This document shows, in pieces, positions 1-15,948 of a stretch of 64,000 nt of DNA (position 1 is the first letter of the stretch; each line of letters begins with the position of its first letter). The notes under the pieces are model-generated. The model saw only the letters and a list, made by a program, of their open reading frames with translations. It ran no database searches and was not told the origin of the DNA. The stretch lies in NCBI RefSeq assembly GCF_009914755.1, contig NC_060925.1; one strand, given 5' to 3'. The position numbers and the translations under genes were made by a program. The DNA is from the human T2T-CHM13v2.0 reference genome, Homo sapiens.

Positions 1-115
1 GTCATGCCTTAAAATCTTATATACCAGACATGGTTTGCTGCCTCATTATTGCCTGCTACTGATGATTTAAACTTAAAACTGATGATTTAAACTTAAAACT
101 TTGATACGTCTTTGA

Positions 116-253
<138 letters not shown>

Positions 254-1511
254 TAGTGATTATTTTCCTTTTGGCTCCTTGTGGGGGAAAATAAGTTAAA
301 GGTATTGATTATGCATTAAATTTCCATAAGCTCTCCAAAGGACTCCATTTTTTCTACTTCCTTTTTATATGTATCCTACTTATCTATCCTTTAAGACCTA
401 GGTCCACTTTCTCTTTGAAGTGCCAGGCCCACTTTCTCTTTGAAACCATCCCTGATGAGTTTTCATCAATTTTTCATTCCACCAAAAACTTTTGCAATTA
501 GTTCCATTCAGTGATCACATGTTGCTATCTCATTCTCTAATTTTTGTACATATAATCAGATAGTCGCTTTATATTTTTAGCTTACAAGAGTGTGAGCTAC
601 CTGTAGGTAAGAGCTAAATCTTGACCATCTTTATATTCCCAGTGCCTTACCACAGCATCAAGCATGTTGTAGGTGCTTAATAAATATTAATTGAATAGAA
701 GAATGAATATTTAATGCCAATATAGTAGTGTGTTATCCACTACTTATTTTATATGTATATGCCTTGTTTTCCCACTAGATTATAAATTTCTTACAGGCAA
801 GGGCTTACAATAAATCAATGCTTATGATTGTTTCAGGCAATGAGTAGTACTTTTTTAAAAGTGGTAAATGAAAATGGACTTGGTCTGAAATAATTTTCTC
901 TCGTAAAAATTACAAGGTCAAAAATTACAAGGTTAGAAGAATGTGTTAATCATCAAAAGCAGTAAGAGGATTTCTTTTGAATTAAGGAGAGTAAGAATTG
1001 TTTACCTTTTGCTAGAAGAAAATTGGGCATCAGGCTAACTTTGAAAGGAAAAATGGATGAGACTCAGGTATCCATTTTTTCTTTTAACAATCTCCTGATT
1101 ATTTCAGGGTTCAGAAAGAAACTTAGTATATCTCTTGATCCAGTCTATATGCCTGACCATTAATACCAGAGAATATACATCGAAACTACTGCTTTCAGTT
1201 GTTTTCTCCTCTCACTTGTGAATTCTGAATGGGGAAAGGGAAGCGAATCAAAAATCTCATCTGTGTTTGACCTAGACTGTTTCACGCAAGTTTCCTGTTT
1301 TGAAATGTGAACACGTTGGCTTCAACATGTTTCTTTCCTTCCTGCTTATCTTAAAGATTAACTTCTGCTGCAGCCCTGAAGTCAGCTTTATGACTTGTAA
1401 ATGTATTGATTTTTTTCCCGTTTTCATTGGAACTCACTTCTTCTCTACCACGTTTTAGGTTATTGTCTAGCTAGCTTGTTACAGGGAGAGTGAAGATATA
1501 CTGGGCCATAA

Positions 1512-1649
<138 letters not shown>

Positions 1650-1852
1650 TAAATGAACACGTAGACTTGACATTGGATGGTGTGAAGCTAAGGAAGATAG
1701 ATTAAATAAGTCAATACATATAAAGTGCTTAGGGTGTCTGGCACATAATCCGTTTATTAAATGTTAGCTACTATTGTTATTATTAATGTGAAAGTACTTT
1801 GCCCTCCTTAAAAGAAAGGTACGGTAAATATCCCAGGTTGTAGTAGTTGTGA

Positions 1853-2155
<303 letters not shown>

Positions 2156-2488
2156 AACCCCTCCTTTTTTTATTGTAAAAAAACCATAACACACATGAAA
2201 ACAGAATAGTATAATGAATCTCCATATAGTAATCATTTATATTTAATAATTATCAAGATTTTGCCACATTTGCGTTATGTATGTCTTTTTTCTTTTCCTT
2301 TAAGTATTTAAAGGCAAATCCCATGTTATCGGACCTGTGTGTACTTCAGTATGCATCTTCTTACAAAACCACAGTGCCATTATCAAACCTTAAAAATTAG
2401 CACTATTGCTTTGGTATTGCCTAATAACTACTCCATAGTCACATTTTTCCAATTGTCTAAAAATGATTTTTTACATTTGGTTTGTTAA

Positions 2489-2821
<333 letters not shown>

Positions 2822-3451
2822 TCACATTTGATTTTTATGTTTGTTTTAATATAGAACAGTCCCCACTTCTCCCCATTTTTTTTTTCATGCCATTGTTTTG
2901 TTGCAGAAATGGGTCAGTGTCCTGTGGAATGACCCATATTCTGAATATATCTGTTTGTTTTCTGGTGGTGTCATTTAATAATGTCCTTCTGTGTCTCTAT
3001 ATTTTCTATAAATGGAAGTTTGCTCTAGAGGCTCAATTAGATTCAGGTTCTGCTTTTTTGATAATACTTCATAATTGGTCCTGTATACTTTATATTGCTT
3101 CTCAACAACAAGTACACAATACTGGGTTATCCCATTTTAGTGGTACTGAGGTTAACCAGTAGGTTTAGGTGGTGAAATCTGATGTTTTCTTTGTAAAATT
3201 CACCACTGATCTTTGATCAAATGAATCGATCCATTGATGATTATTGCCTTAACCAGTGATTTCATTAAAGATTACAAAGTGCTGATTTTCTAATACTCTC
3301 ATTTCTTCCACCGATTAGCTAGAATTCTTCTGAAAATAACTTTTCCTTGTCAACTAACGCTATTTAATTATCTTGAAATAGATAATTTCCCAGTTTGTGG
3401 GAAAGACAGGATACATATTTAAGCTTTTCCTTTCATTGCTGATTTTCAGAG

Positions 3452-3635
3452 TAAATATATCATTATATATAAATATAATTATATATATTAATAATATATG
3501 ATATGTTACATATTAAACAATATATACTTTATATATAATTATATAATATACTAAATAATATAATAATATACAAATAATATATATTATTTAATATATAATG
3601 CATTATGAAATAGTATATATTATATATAATAATTT
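3452..3635. repeat. AT-rich low-complexity (TA)n-like tract
   Basis: Almost entirely A/T with degenerate TATA repeats. Confidence 0.85.
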
Positions 3636-5308
3636 AGTCTCAGGTTTTTAGATTCAGTGTGATTTAATCGATAACATATATTATCTTTTTGATGCTCAGA
3701 TTGTTCCATCTTTGGCCAATGAATGCTCCTTCATGTCTGCTCCTGTATGCTTTTGATGCAACCTAGTATTTTCATATTATCCTTGCTTTTTGGTACAATA
3801 AGATGTCCTGGCCTCATCTTTGTATATTTCTTACCCTAGATATCTAGAATAGGACATTTCCCTAAGGAGTCCTATTCTTTTAGTGAGAAACTGTATTTAG
3901 AGATCATGATCTGCGTGCTGGGTGTAATCATTGCCTGTGTATGCCTTTTCAATGGCCTTTAATCCTAACTTGATCAGAATTTTCAGGGAGACAAGCAGGT
4001 TTCTGGGTACTAATGCTTATATTTCTCTTTTGTAGCAAACATTAAAAAATCTATCCCCCATACATTTATTCATTCACTGTATTTTATGGCAAATGATATA
4101 TGCAGGATCTCAGGCATTTATGAAATTATACAATGGTAGGGAATTTCAAGAAAAGTACTATTTTTACAGCTTTCTGATCTTTTTGTTTTGTTTTGATTGC
4201 TTTTTTCCAGTGTTCCTCTAGCAAGGCTTAGGTTTTTTACACTTTCCTCCCAACTCTGTTACTGAGACTTCTAGCTATAAACTATTTTCTAAACCTTGAA
4301 AGCATTTTAATTTCTATCCAGTGCAATATACAATGGTAATTTAGAATGCTTATAATGTCCAGTTCCTCTATCACATAATGGATGAACCTAGGCCTCATAT
4401 GTGAGCAGATATGAGAAGAAGGGATATAATCACATTTGGCTTACTGAGATACTAATAATCAACAGTTTTATCTTTGTTTTATCAACAAAACAATGGCATG
4501 AAAAAGAGATACCTTACTTATATTGAGGTTGATCTTGAAAAGAAATTTTGTTACTACCAGTTTATGTTTTGTTGTTGTTTGTATGTAATTGTCATTTATT
4601 TGCACACAGTTTTCCAATTTCTTTTTTATTTGTCATATTAGGACCTGAGTTCCTAGAGAGAATGAGTGATTCTTGTTTAATATGCCTTTATTGTCCCAGC
4701 ATTTTGCTATTTTATGTAGATATTATGATGGTAATTCTTAGGAAATGGAGGTGCCTAATGATCCCAACATGAGACATGGATCATCTAAAAAGTAAACAAA
4801 AAAATTTTGTTTAGCCAGAATATAATTGACAAACTATTTTACACTCTAGAATCAAATATATAGTTTTTTTGTGTTAATGTATTAAATGTAGGCTGAATGT
4901 GTGAAACTGGATATTTAAGAATTTGTTTTCTTTTTAAGATCTGTGCTATTAAGTACATTTCTTGTAAGTGGTGTTAAAAATAGAATGAAGTTATTTTAGA
5001 GAGGGAAGCTGATATTTAAGGAGAGACTATTATCAGCTTACACTGGAAGGGAGAAGCTCGTATTTAGAGATAATAGCTGTTGGGGCAGATACAGGTGTTT
5101 TTTCCCTTTTCTTTCATATATATGTATGCGTGCATGCATGTACACATACATACAAAGAAGGATAGCTATGGACCATTAATGCAATTTTTGTGAGGCCAAG
5201 ATGGCAGAACCTCTCCCCTTTCCCTCCTCCACAGACATACACCTGCTTTTTCCTACAGCATTGTCTGACTTAATTTTCTTGAAACCAATCTATCCTGTTT
5301 AACCTTAG

Positions 5309-5422
<114 letters not shown>

Positions 5423-6369
5423 TAATACTATGAGAAAGAAACATTTACCTAGAGAAGAGCTTGAAGACAAGGGGAGATCCCACTCATTAGAACTGTCTCT
5501 AACAATCAGACCAAGCATATCCCATTAAACTCAGGTCATAAGCATGTCTGATCACTGTTGATTCTTTTTCCTCTTTTGTAAGTATAGGTTATAACTAGCA
5601 ATGAATCGGAAGATGCTTTCATGAGGTTCTTTTAAATCTGAGGTTCAAAATTCATATATTCCAATAAAACAGGCTTAAAAATGGGATGTTCTATTTAGCC
5701 ACATGTTGTTTTAGTGTACTTTATAGGATTTTTGTAAAGATTCTTAAGCGTAGCTTTCTGTTTTCAGAAGTTAGGAAGATATGTGTTGGTTAAAAGCCTT
5801 GTTTTAATGCATACATTTAAGTTTCTGTGTGAATAAATTTCCTCTTCCAAGGAAATTTTATTGTGTGGTGACAGGAAATTTATATTTTATTTTATAAAAG
5901 CTAGGGATGGTGGTCACATTGGTTGCATTGAGACTACAAAGGGGAGAGAGTCTGAGGGCTCTCTCTGAATGACATAGATTTCCTACAGTTTATGGGTCTC
6001 TTCCATGTCATATATATTTATACAGGGCTAAGGCCAAAATTGATATAGATAATATTGGTTGATTAGACCTTCCTTATCCCAGAAAGGGGGAGAGTTTGGT
6101 AGATTTAGGTTGCCTTGCTATCTCAGGTCCAGGTAGAATAACTTTGATTCCCCTAAAGCAGCCATCTCCCTAATATTTTTTTTCTTCCCAACTCACAGCA
6201 GTGTAACTAGACAGATGTAAATTATGTTACAAAGGATTACTAAGGTACCAGGACATCTGGATTCTAACCTTATTTTTTTTCTAAGCTTTAGTTTCACTTT
6301 CTATAAAATGGAAAATATTAAATCTGTCTTTTGTAGTGTTATAAAGCCAAGTAAACATTGAGAGAGGAA

Positions 6370-6645
6370 GTAATCTCAGCAGTTTGGGAGGCCGAGGCAG
6401 GAGGATTGCTTGAGCCCAAGAGTTTGAGACCAGCCTAGGCAACATAGTGAGATTGCCATCTCTAAAAAAATTTTAAAAATTAGCCAAGCATGGTGACACA
6501 TGCAGGCGGTCCAAGCTAGGAGGCTGAGGTAGGAGGATCAGTTGAGCCTAGGAGGTTAAGGCTACAGTGAGCTATGATTGTGCTACAACACTCTAGCCTG
6601 GGCAACAAGTGAGACCCTGTCTCAAAAAAAAAAAAAAAAAAAAAA
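6370..6645 (+). mobile_element. AluJ-type SINE, 5'-truncated
   Basis: ggaggattgcttgagcccaagagttt (J diagnostics) and a poly-A tail. Confidence 0.85.
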
Positions 6646-6929
6646 GGAAAGAAAAGAAAACTCAGCCTCTCAGCCTTTCCACAAAAAGGCAATTTAGAAA
6701 TTAAAAGTGGTAGTTTTTTTATCCTGCTCGAGTGGCTGTTAGAAAGAGGAAGTAACATTACTCAGAAGACACTTTTCAGTTTGAGGAATGCTGTAGGATT
6801 TTTGGAGGTGGGCGGAAAAAACCTTTTGGCCTTAACAATAAAAGCAGTTCATTGAGAATTGCCACATGAGAGACTCTGAATGTACCATAGCTGGGTAAGA
6901 GGAGAGGCTTGCTTTAAAGATGTTTAGTG

Positions 6930-7241
<312 letters not shown>

Positions 7242-7334
7242 TTAGTGGACATGAGCTGTAACTAGCTAATGGATTAGATATTTTAACTAAATTTGGAGTT
7301 GGTGCTGTTTGCAGAGTTGTCATGTTAACTGATC

Positions 7335-7611
7335 TGTGTCTTAGTCCATTTTGTGTTGCTATAAAGGAATACCTGAGGCTGGGTAATTTATAAAGAAAAA
7401 AGGTCTATTTGTTTCATGATTCTGCTGGTTTTCAGCTGATGTCTACCAAACATCTTTAAGACTGGGTTCAAAATTGGGCATCTGGTAAGGTCCTCAGGCT
7501 GTTTTCTTCCACCTATGGTGTGTGTAGAGATCACATTAGGCCCCACCTCTAACATTGGGGATCAAATTTCAACATGAACTTTGCGGGGTGACAAATATCC
7601 AAACCACGGCA
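7335..7611 (-). mobile_element. MaLR (MST/MLT1-type) solo LTR, internally deleted
   Basis: tgtgtcttagtccattttgtgttgctataaaggaatacctgaggctgggtaatttataaag ... ccaaaccacggca. Confidence 0.75.
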
Positions 7612-7792
7612 CTTGTCATTCAAGTGATAGGTTTCAGTTAGCTTGAGACTTGACTGGCCATGGCCATAGCTAGAAAGGATATTTGGCTGGACAGATAAGG
7701 CTGTTTTGTGCTCCCAAGGCAGAACTCCTTGGTGGATTTGAGATGATGTTCTGGTTAATGATAACATACCATTCTTGATCTGCCTTACATAG

Positions 7793-8065
<273 letters not shown>

Positions 8066-9125
8066 TGAATATAGTTGGTACTTTGCCAATTCCCTGTAAA
8101 TCCTTAGACAGGCTGCTTTGCTCCTGGGTCTGAATTACATTTGTAAAATGTTCTATCCCATTTCACGAAAGATAAATAATAGATAAGTTTTAGAAGTAAA
8201 GATATCCTGGAGTTTAAAAATACGTATTTTTTAAATATGTATTCTAATATTTTTAAACAATAGAAAATGAGCATTGTGGCTGTGTACCTGTTCAAAAATT
8301 TTCCACCAATATTATACATACATAGAGTTTAAAGCATCAAATAGTTCTACACAGTTTATTGTGAAAAACAGTAGTTGCCCCTACTTATTTCCATCTCCCC
8401 CCATAGGCAACCACCTTCACCTCTTTTAGCTCTTGTTTTTTATTGGTTTGTTTGTTTGTTTGTTTGGTATTTACTTCTATGTCTCCATTATAACTTGGTT
8501 ATATTGCTCCTACTTAATTTTTCAGATTCCAGCAGCATCTCTTCATTTCCCACTATTGAAGATGAGACACCAGCTGTCTTTCCTTCTCCATTCCTACCAT
8601 ATACCCATACCTTTTTCATCTCTCCCATCCCCTTAATATAGTCAAATTATAATATTTGTAAGGTCAATATGCAGTGTTTACAATATTATGACTGTAAATA
8701 GTGAGATTTACAACAGAGCCATATAATAAACACTGTCTTTACTTTTCACTTTCTTTACATTTTATTTTTCCCCAGCTAATTATTGCCCTCCTTTTTCATT
8801 TGCTTAATTTTCTGTGTACTTACAATTAATTTAGCTCCATACTCTTCACCAGTTGTCTAAATTTCCTCTAAAGACATTCAGTTCAGACCCATCAGGTAGT
8901 TCATGATTTCCACTTTCTGAAGAAATCTCCTGTGGAGTCTCTTCCTCTATCCCCGTGTGAAGTGGCAGCTCTCTACTGTGGTGCACAGCTGGCCTTCTGG
9001 GATTGCCCTTCACTACCACCATCTCCTGTTTCCAGTGTGAGAGTACATTGTTTGTTTTGTTTTGCTTTACTCCCATATTTTTGTAGGATACATTTTCAGA
9101 GCTGTTCCTCTTTTTATATATGTAA

Positions 9126-12100
9126 TTTTTTATTTTTAATTTTTGTGGGTACATAGTAGGTGTATATATTTTGGGGTACATGAGATGTTTTGATACAGGC
9201 ATATGGTGTGTAATAATCACATCACGGAAAATGAGGTATCCATCCCCTCAAACATTTATCTTTTGTGTTACAAACAATCCAGTTATACTCTTTTAGTAAT
9301 TTAAAAATGTACAATTAAATTATTATTGACTATAGTCACCCTATTGTGCTATCAAATACTAGGCCTTATTCATTAATTCTACCTATTTTTTTTGTACCCA
9401 TTAACCATCCCTGACTCTTCCCCAATTCCCCACTACCCTTCCCAGAGTCTGGTAACCATCCTACTCTCTATCTCCATGGGTTCAATTGTTTTGATTTTTA
9501 CAGTCCACAAATAATTGAGAACATGTGATGTTTGTCTTTCTGTGCCTGGCTTATTTCACTTAACATAGTGACCTCCACTTCCATCCATGTTGTTGCAAAT
9601 GACTGACTCTCATTCTTTTTTTATGGCTGAATAGTACTCCATTGTGTGTAAGTACCACATTTTCTTTATCCATTCATCCGTTGATGGATGCTTAAGTTGC
9701 TTCTAAATCTTGACTGTTGTGAACTGTGCTGCAGCAAACATGGGAATGTGGATATCTCTTCAAAATACTGATTTTCTTTCTTTTGGGTATATACCCAGCA
9801 GTGGGATTGCTGGATCGTATGATGGTTCTATTTTTAGTTTTTTGAGGAACCTCCAAACTGCTCTCTGAGTGGTTGTACAAGTTACATTCTCACCAACAGT
9901 AAACAAGGGTTCCCTTTCCTCCATATCCTTGCCAGTATTTGTTATTGCCTCTCTTTTGGATATAAGCCATTTTAACTAGGGTGAGATGATATCTCATTGT
10001 AGTTTCTATGTGCATTTCTTTTTTTTTCCTGTTGAGTTGTTTGAGCTCCTTATATATTCTGATTATTAATCCCTTGTCAGATGAGTAGTTTGCAAATATT
10101 TTCTCCCATTCTGTGAGTTGCTTTTTCACTTTGTTGATTGTTTCCTTTGCTGTGCAGAAGCTTTTTAGCTTAATGTGATCCCATTTGTCCATTTTTGCTT
10201 TGGTTGACTGTGCTTGTGGGGTATTACTTAAGAAATCTTTGCCCAGACTCATGTCCTGGAGAGTTTCCCCGATTTTTTCTTGTAGTAGTTTCATAGCTAG
10301 AGGATTTAGGTTTAATTATTGAATCTATTTTGATGTGACTTTTGTATATGGCAAGAGTTAGGGGGCTAGTTTCATTCTTTTGCACATGGATATCCAGTTT
10401 TCCCAGCACCATTTATTGAAGAGACTGTCTTTTCCCCAGTACATGTTCTTGGCACCTTGTCGAAAATGAGTTAACTGTAGGTATGTGGATTTGTTTCTCA
10501 GTTCTTTATTGTGTTCCATCGGTCTGTGTGTCTGTTTTTATGCCAGTACCATGCTGTTTTTGTTACTATAGTTCTGTAGTATAATTTGAAGTCAGGTAAT
10601 ATGATTCCTCCAGTTTTGTTCTTTTTTTTTTTTTTTTCCAGAGACAGGGTCTCGCTTTGTCACCCAGACCAGAGTGCAGTGGCATGATCACAACTCACTG
10701 CAGCCTTGACCTCCTGGGCACAGGCTATCCTCCTGCCTCAGCCTCCCCACTAGCTGGGGCTATAGGCCCATGCCACCATGCCCGACTGATTTTTTAAGTT
10801 TTTGTAGAGGTGGGGGGTCTTGCTGTGTTGCCCAGGCTGGCTTGAACTCCTAGGCTCAAGATCCTCCTGCCTTAGCCTCCTAAATTGCTGGGTTACAGAT
10901 GTGTGCCACCACACCCCACCCAGTTTTCTTCTTTTTCTTAGGATATCTTTGGCTATTCTGGGTCTTTGGTGGTTCCATATAAATTTTAGGATAGTTTTTT
11001 TTTTCTATTTTTGTGAAGATGTCATTGGTATTTTGATAGGGATTGCATTGAATGTGTGGATTGCTTTGGGTAGTGTGGACATTTTAACAATATTTATTCT
11101 TCCAATCCATGAACATGGAATACTTTTTCCATTTGTTGGTGTCCTCTCTTCACCTTTCTTTCATAGTGTTTTAATTTCTTTTTCAGATTGTTCACTGTTG
11201 GCATATAGAAATGCTGCTGATTTTTGTTGTTGATTTTGTATCCTGCAACTTTACTGAATTTATTTATCAGTTCTAATAGTTTTTCGGTGGAGTCTTTAGG
11301 TTTTTCCAAGTATAAGATCATATCATCTGCAAACAAGGATAATTTGACTTCTTCCTTTCCAATTTGGATGCCCTTTATAACTTTGTCTTGTCTGATTGCT
11401 CTAGCTGGGACTTCTAGTACTATGTTGAATAACAGTGGTGAAAGTGGGCATCCTTGTGTTCCAGATCTTAGAGGAAAGACTTTCAGTTTCTCCCCATTCA
11501 GGATGGTAGTAGCTGTGGATCTGTCATATATAGCTTTTATTATGTTGAGGTTCCTTCTATACCCAGTTTTTTGAGGGGTTTTTATTATGAAAGGATGTTG
11601 AATTTTATCAAATGCTTTTTCAGCATCGGTTGAAATGATCATATGGTTTTTGTCCTTTACTCTGTTGATATGCTGTGTCACATTGATTGATTTGTGTTTG
11701 TGAACCATCCTTACATTCCCAAGGATATATCCTACTTGCTCATGATGATTTTTTAAATGTATTGTTGAATTCATTTTGCTAATATCTTGTTGAGGATTTT
11801 TGTATTAATATTCATCAGGGATATTGGTCTGTAGTTTCCTTTTTTGATATGTCTTTGTCTGGTTTTGGTATCAAGGTGATACTGGCCTCATAGAATGAGT
11901 TTAGAAGTATTCCCTCCTCCTCTCTTTTTTTGAAATAGTTTGCCTAGAATTGGTATTAATTCTTCTTTAAATGTCTGATAGAATTTAGCAGTGAAACCAC
12001 TGGGTTCTGGGCTTTCCTTTACTGGAGACTTTATTATGGCTTCGATCTTGTTGCTTGTTATTAGTATGTTCAGGTTTTGGATTTCTTCATGGTTCAATCT

Positions 12101-13835
12101 TTGTAGGTTGTATATGTCTAGGAATTTATCCATTTCTTTTAGATTTTATAATTTATTGACATATAGTTAATCATAGTAGCCACAAATGATTCTTTGAATT
12201 TCTTCAGTGTTGTAATATCTCCTTTTTCATCTCTGATTTTATTTGGATCTTCTTTTTTTTTTCTTAATCTGGCTAAAGGTTTGTCTGTTTAACTTTTCAA
12301 AAAAACCAACTTTTTGTTTCATTGCTCTTTTTTTGTATTTTTTTATTTCAATTTAATTTATTTCTGCTCTAATCTTTATTATTTCTTTTCTTCTACTAAT
12401 TGGGTTTGGTTTGCTCTTGCTTTTCTATTTCTTTAAGATGCATCATTGTTTGAAATTTTTGTCTTTTTTTTGATGTAGGCATTTATAACTATAAAATTCC
12501 TTCTTAGTACTGCTTTTGCTGTATCCCATAGGTTTTGGCATGTTATGTTTTCATGATCATTTATTTCAATAAATTTTTAAATTTCCTTCTCAATTTCTCC
12601 ATTGACCCACTGGTCATTCAGGAGTATATTGTTTAATTTCCACGTACTTGAATAGTTTCCAAAATTCCTCATTTTTGATTTTTGGTTTTATTCCATTATA
12701 GTCAGATACTTGATATTATTATAATATCACTATGGTCAGATACTTGATCATATTGATATTATTTGATATTAATAATACTTGATACTCCATTTTTTAAAAA
12801 CGTTTTAAGACTTGTTTTGTGACCTAACATATGGTCTGCTCTTGAGAATGATCTCTGTGCTGAGGAAAAGAATGAGTGTTCTGCAGTCATTGGATGAAGT
12901 GTTCTGTAAATGTCTATTAGATTCATTTGGTCTATAATGCAGATTAAGTCCATTGTATCTTTGTTGATTTTCTGTCTGGAAGATCTGTCCAGTACTGAAA
13001 GTTGGGTGTTGAGGTCTCCAGCTATTACTGTATTAGAGTCTGTCTCTCTCTTTAGCTGTAATAATATTTGCTTTAGATATTAAATATATGTCAGGGTGCT
13101 CCAGTTTTGGGTGCACATATATTTAAAATTGTTACATCCTCTTGCTGAACTGACCCCTTTATCATTATATAGTGACCTTCTTTGTCTTGTCCTATATTTT
13201 TGTCTTACAATCTATTTTGTCTGATATAAGTATAGCTACTTCTGTTCTGTTTTGGTTTCCATTGTCATGGAGTATCTTTTTCCATCCGTTTATTTTCCAT
13301 CTGTGTGTGTCTTTGTAGGTGAAGTATGTTTCTTGTAGACAACAGATCAGTGGTTCTTGTTTTTTTTTATTTATTCAGCCACTGTATGTCTGTTGATTGA
13401 AGAGTTTAGTCCATTTGCATTCAGTGTTCCTATTGATAAGTAAGGCCTTACTCTTGCCATTTTGTTACTTGTTTTATGGTCGTTTTGTGATCATCTTTTC
13501 CTTCTTTCCTTCCTTCCTGTCTTCCTTTTAGTGACGGTGATTTTCTGTGGTGATATGATTTAGTTTCTTACTTTTTATTTTTTGTGTATTTGTTGTATGT
13601 TTGTAGGTTTGCAGTTACCACAAGGCTTGCAAATACTCTCTTGTAATCTGTTATTTTAACCTGGTAACAGCACTGTTTGCATAAACAAACAAGCAAGCAA
13701 AAAGAAAACGAATAAAGGCTCCATGCCTTAAATATACCCCCACACTTTTTAACTTTTTGTTGTTACTATTTATATATACCTTATTGTACTATGTCTTGAA
13801 AAGTTGTTGTAGTTATTACTTTTGATTGGTTCATC
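9126..13835 (-). mobile_element. Truncated, degenerate L1 (L1MA-type 3' end) with ORF2 endonuclease and RT remnants
   Basis: ORF fragments 9890..10294, 11094..11774 ([11 protein letters not shown] motif), 11888..12133 and 12759..12953 (EN); frameshifts and internal deletions. Confidence 0.9.
10622..10920 (-). mobile_element. AluJ inserted into the L1
   Basis: TSD cagtttt(g/c)ttcttttt; L1 sequence resumes afterwards. Confidence 0.85.
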
Positions 13836-14077
13836 AAACCATGTTTGATGTTTTTTTATTTTGAAGTTATCTTTTTCCATGTTTTCAAACCATGTTTCCC
13901 AGGTTGGTCTTGAACTCCTGAGCTCAAGCAGCCCTCTCTCCTCAGCCTCACAAAGTGCTGGGATTACAGGCATGAGCCATCGTGCCTAGCCAAATCACTA
14001 GTCTTCTACTGGCATTGAAGAGGGCAGTCATCTGGTTCCAGGGAATAAAGGAAAGGATCTCAGAATTTGATTGTTTC

Positions 14078-14369
<292 letters not shown>

Positions 14370-14929
14370 ACTGATTGTTTCTTAAATATGCTTTCGGTCA
14401 GTCCTCCTTATTTTAGCCACATCTACCACCTCTCCTAGATGGCCACCTGGTGCTACAGATTCTTCGGTCTTTTGGGAATTTCGTCATATAAATTTGAGTA
14501 GTTCTCTACTTTTCCTACTACTAGGTAGGGAATCCATTTTTTTTTTTCAGGTTTTGTAAGTTACTACTTATATATCCGTGTTCCAGATTACAAAATTTTG
14601 TTCTGATTGTTTCCCTTTGATCTCATGGGTTTATTCCTTTACTGAAATTTTAATGGGGTTTTAGGAGGAAGTAAGAGTTGATACTTGTTTTTAATCTGCC
14701 ATCCCTAATTGGAAGCCCTCTTTTAGGAACTTTTCCTACAAGTATTTACATGTATATTTGGCTTTAGGTCTTTATATGGATGTATAATTTTTACATAGTT
14801 ATAATTCTAATACAGATACAACCTTTTTCTTTTCTTTTTTCCTTTTTCATACAGTTTTTTATATGTCATTTATGACTGAGTTAATGTAGTATATGTTGTT
14901 TAGTCATTCCCTGTTATTTGTTCCAGAGT

Positions 14930-15195
14930 TTTTTTGTTTTGTTTTGTTTTGTTTTGAGATGGGTTTTCCCTATGTTGCTGGGGCTGGCCTGGGACTCCTG
15001 GGCTCCAGCAATCCTCCCACCTCTGCTTCTCAAGTAGAGTGCCTGGGACTACATGTGTGCCTGGCTAGAGCCAGGTTGTTTTTTGAGTATGTGATTATAA
15101 ATGATGCTGTGATTAACTCTTGTAATATCACTTTTTGGTGTCTGTCTTTCTTTCTTTCTTTCCCTCCCTCCCTCCCTTCCTTCTTTCTTTCTTTC

Positions 15196-15226
<31 letters not shown>

Positions 15227-15948
15227 TAGGCTCTCATTCTGTCACCCAGGCTGGAGTGCAATGGTGTGATCATAGTTCACTGCATCCTCTACCTCTTGGG
15301 CTCAGGTGATCCTGCCACCTTAGCCTCCCAAGTAGCTAGAACTACAGGTGCTCACCACCAGGTCCAGCTAATTTTTACTTTTTAAAAAAAATAGAGACAG
15401 GATCTTGCAGTGTTGCCCAGGCTGGTCTTGAACTCCTGGGCTCAGGCAATCCTCCCAAAGTGTTAGGATTACAGGTGTGAGCCACTGTGCCCAGATATAT
15501 TTTTCTTTTGAATACAGCTGTTTATTGATTGTGTTTTTGTACCTTGCTGTACAAAAATTGCTGTATTTTGTTAAACTTTTATGTCTTTGCCATTTTAATA
15601 GATATTTACTCTGTTCCATTGTTTTTGTTTTTATCTTAGTGCTATTAATTTTTTTTTTTTTTTTTTTGAGACAGAGTCTGGCTCTGTTGCCAAGACTGGA
15701 GTGCAGTGGCACAATCTCGGCTCACTGCAACCTCTGCCTCCTGGGCTCAAGTGAGCCTCCCACCTCAGCCTCCTGAGTAGCTGGGACTACAGGCTTGCAC
15801 TACCACACCCAGCTAATTTTTGTATTTTTTGTACAGACAGGGTTTTGCCATATCGGCCAGGCTCATCTCAAACTCCTGGGCTCAAGCGATCTGCCTGCCT
15901 CTGCCTCCTAAAGTGCTGAGATTACAGGTGTGAGCCACCACGCCCGGC
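14930..15948 (-). mobile_element. Cluster of three antisense Alu/FLAM elements (~14930-15070, ~15197-15492, ~15648-15948)
   Basis: Alu consensus segments with poly-T and CTTT tracts. Confidence 0.85.

Noticed and set aside
9692-12953. ORFs resembling reverse transcriptase and endonuclease (e.g. 11094..11774, 226 aa)
   Set aside because: Frameshifted, internally deleted L1 ORF2 relics interrupted by an old AluJ; not an intact or novel RT system
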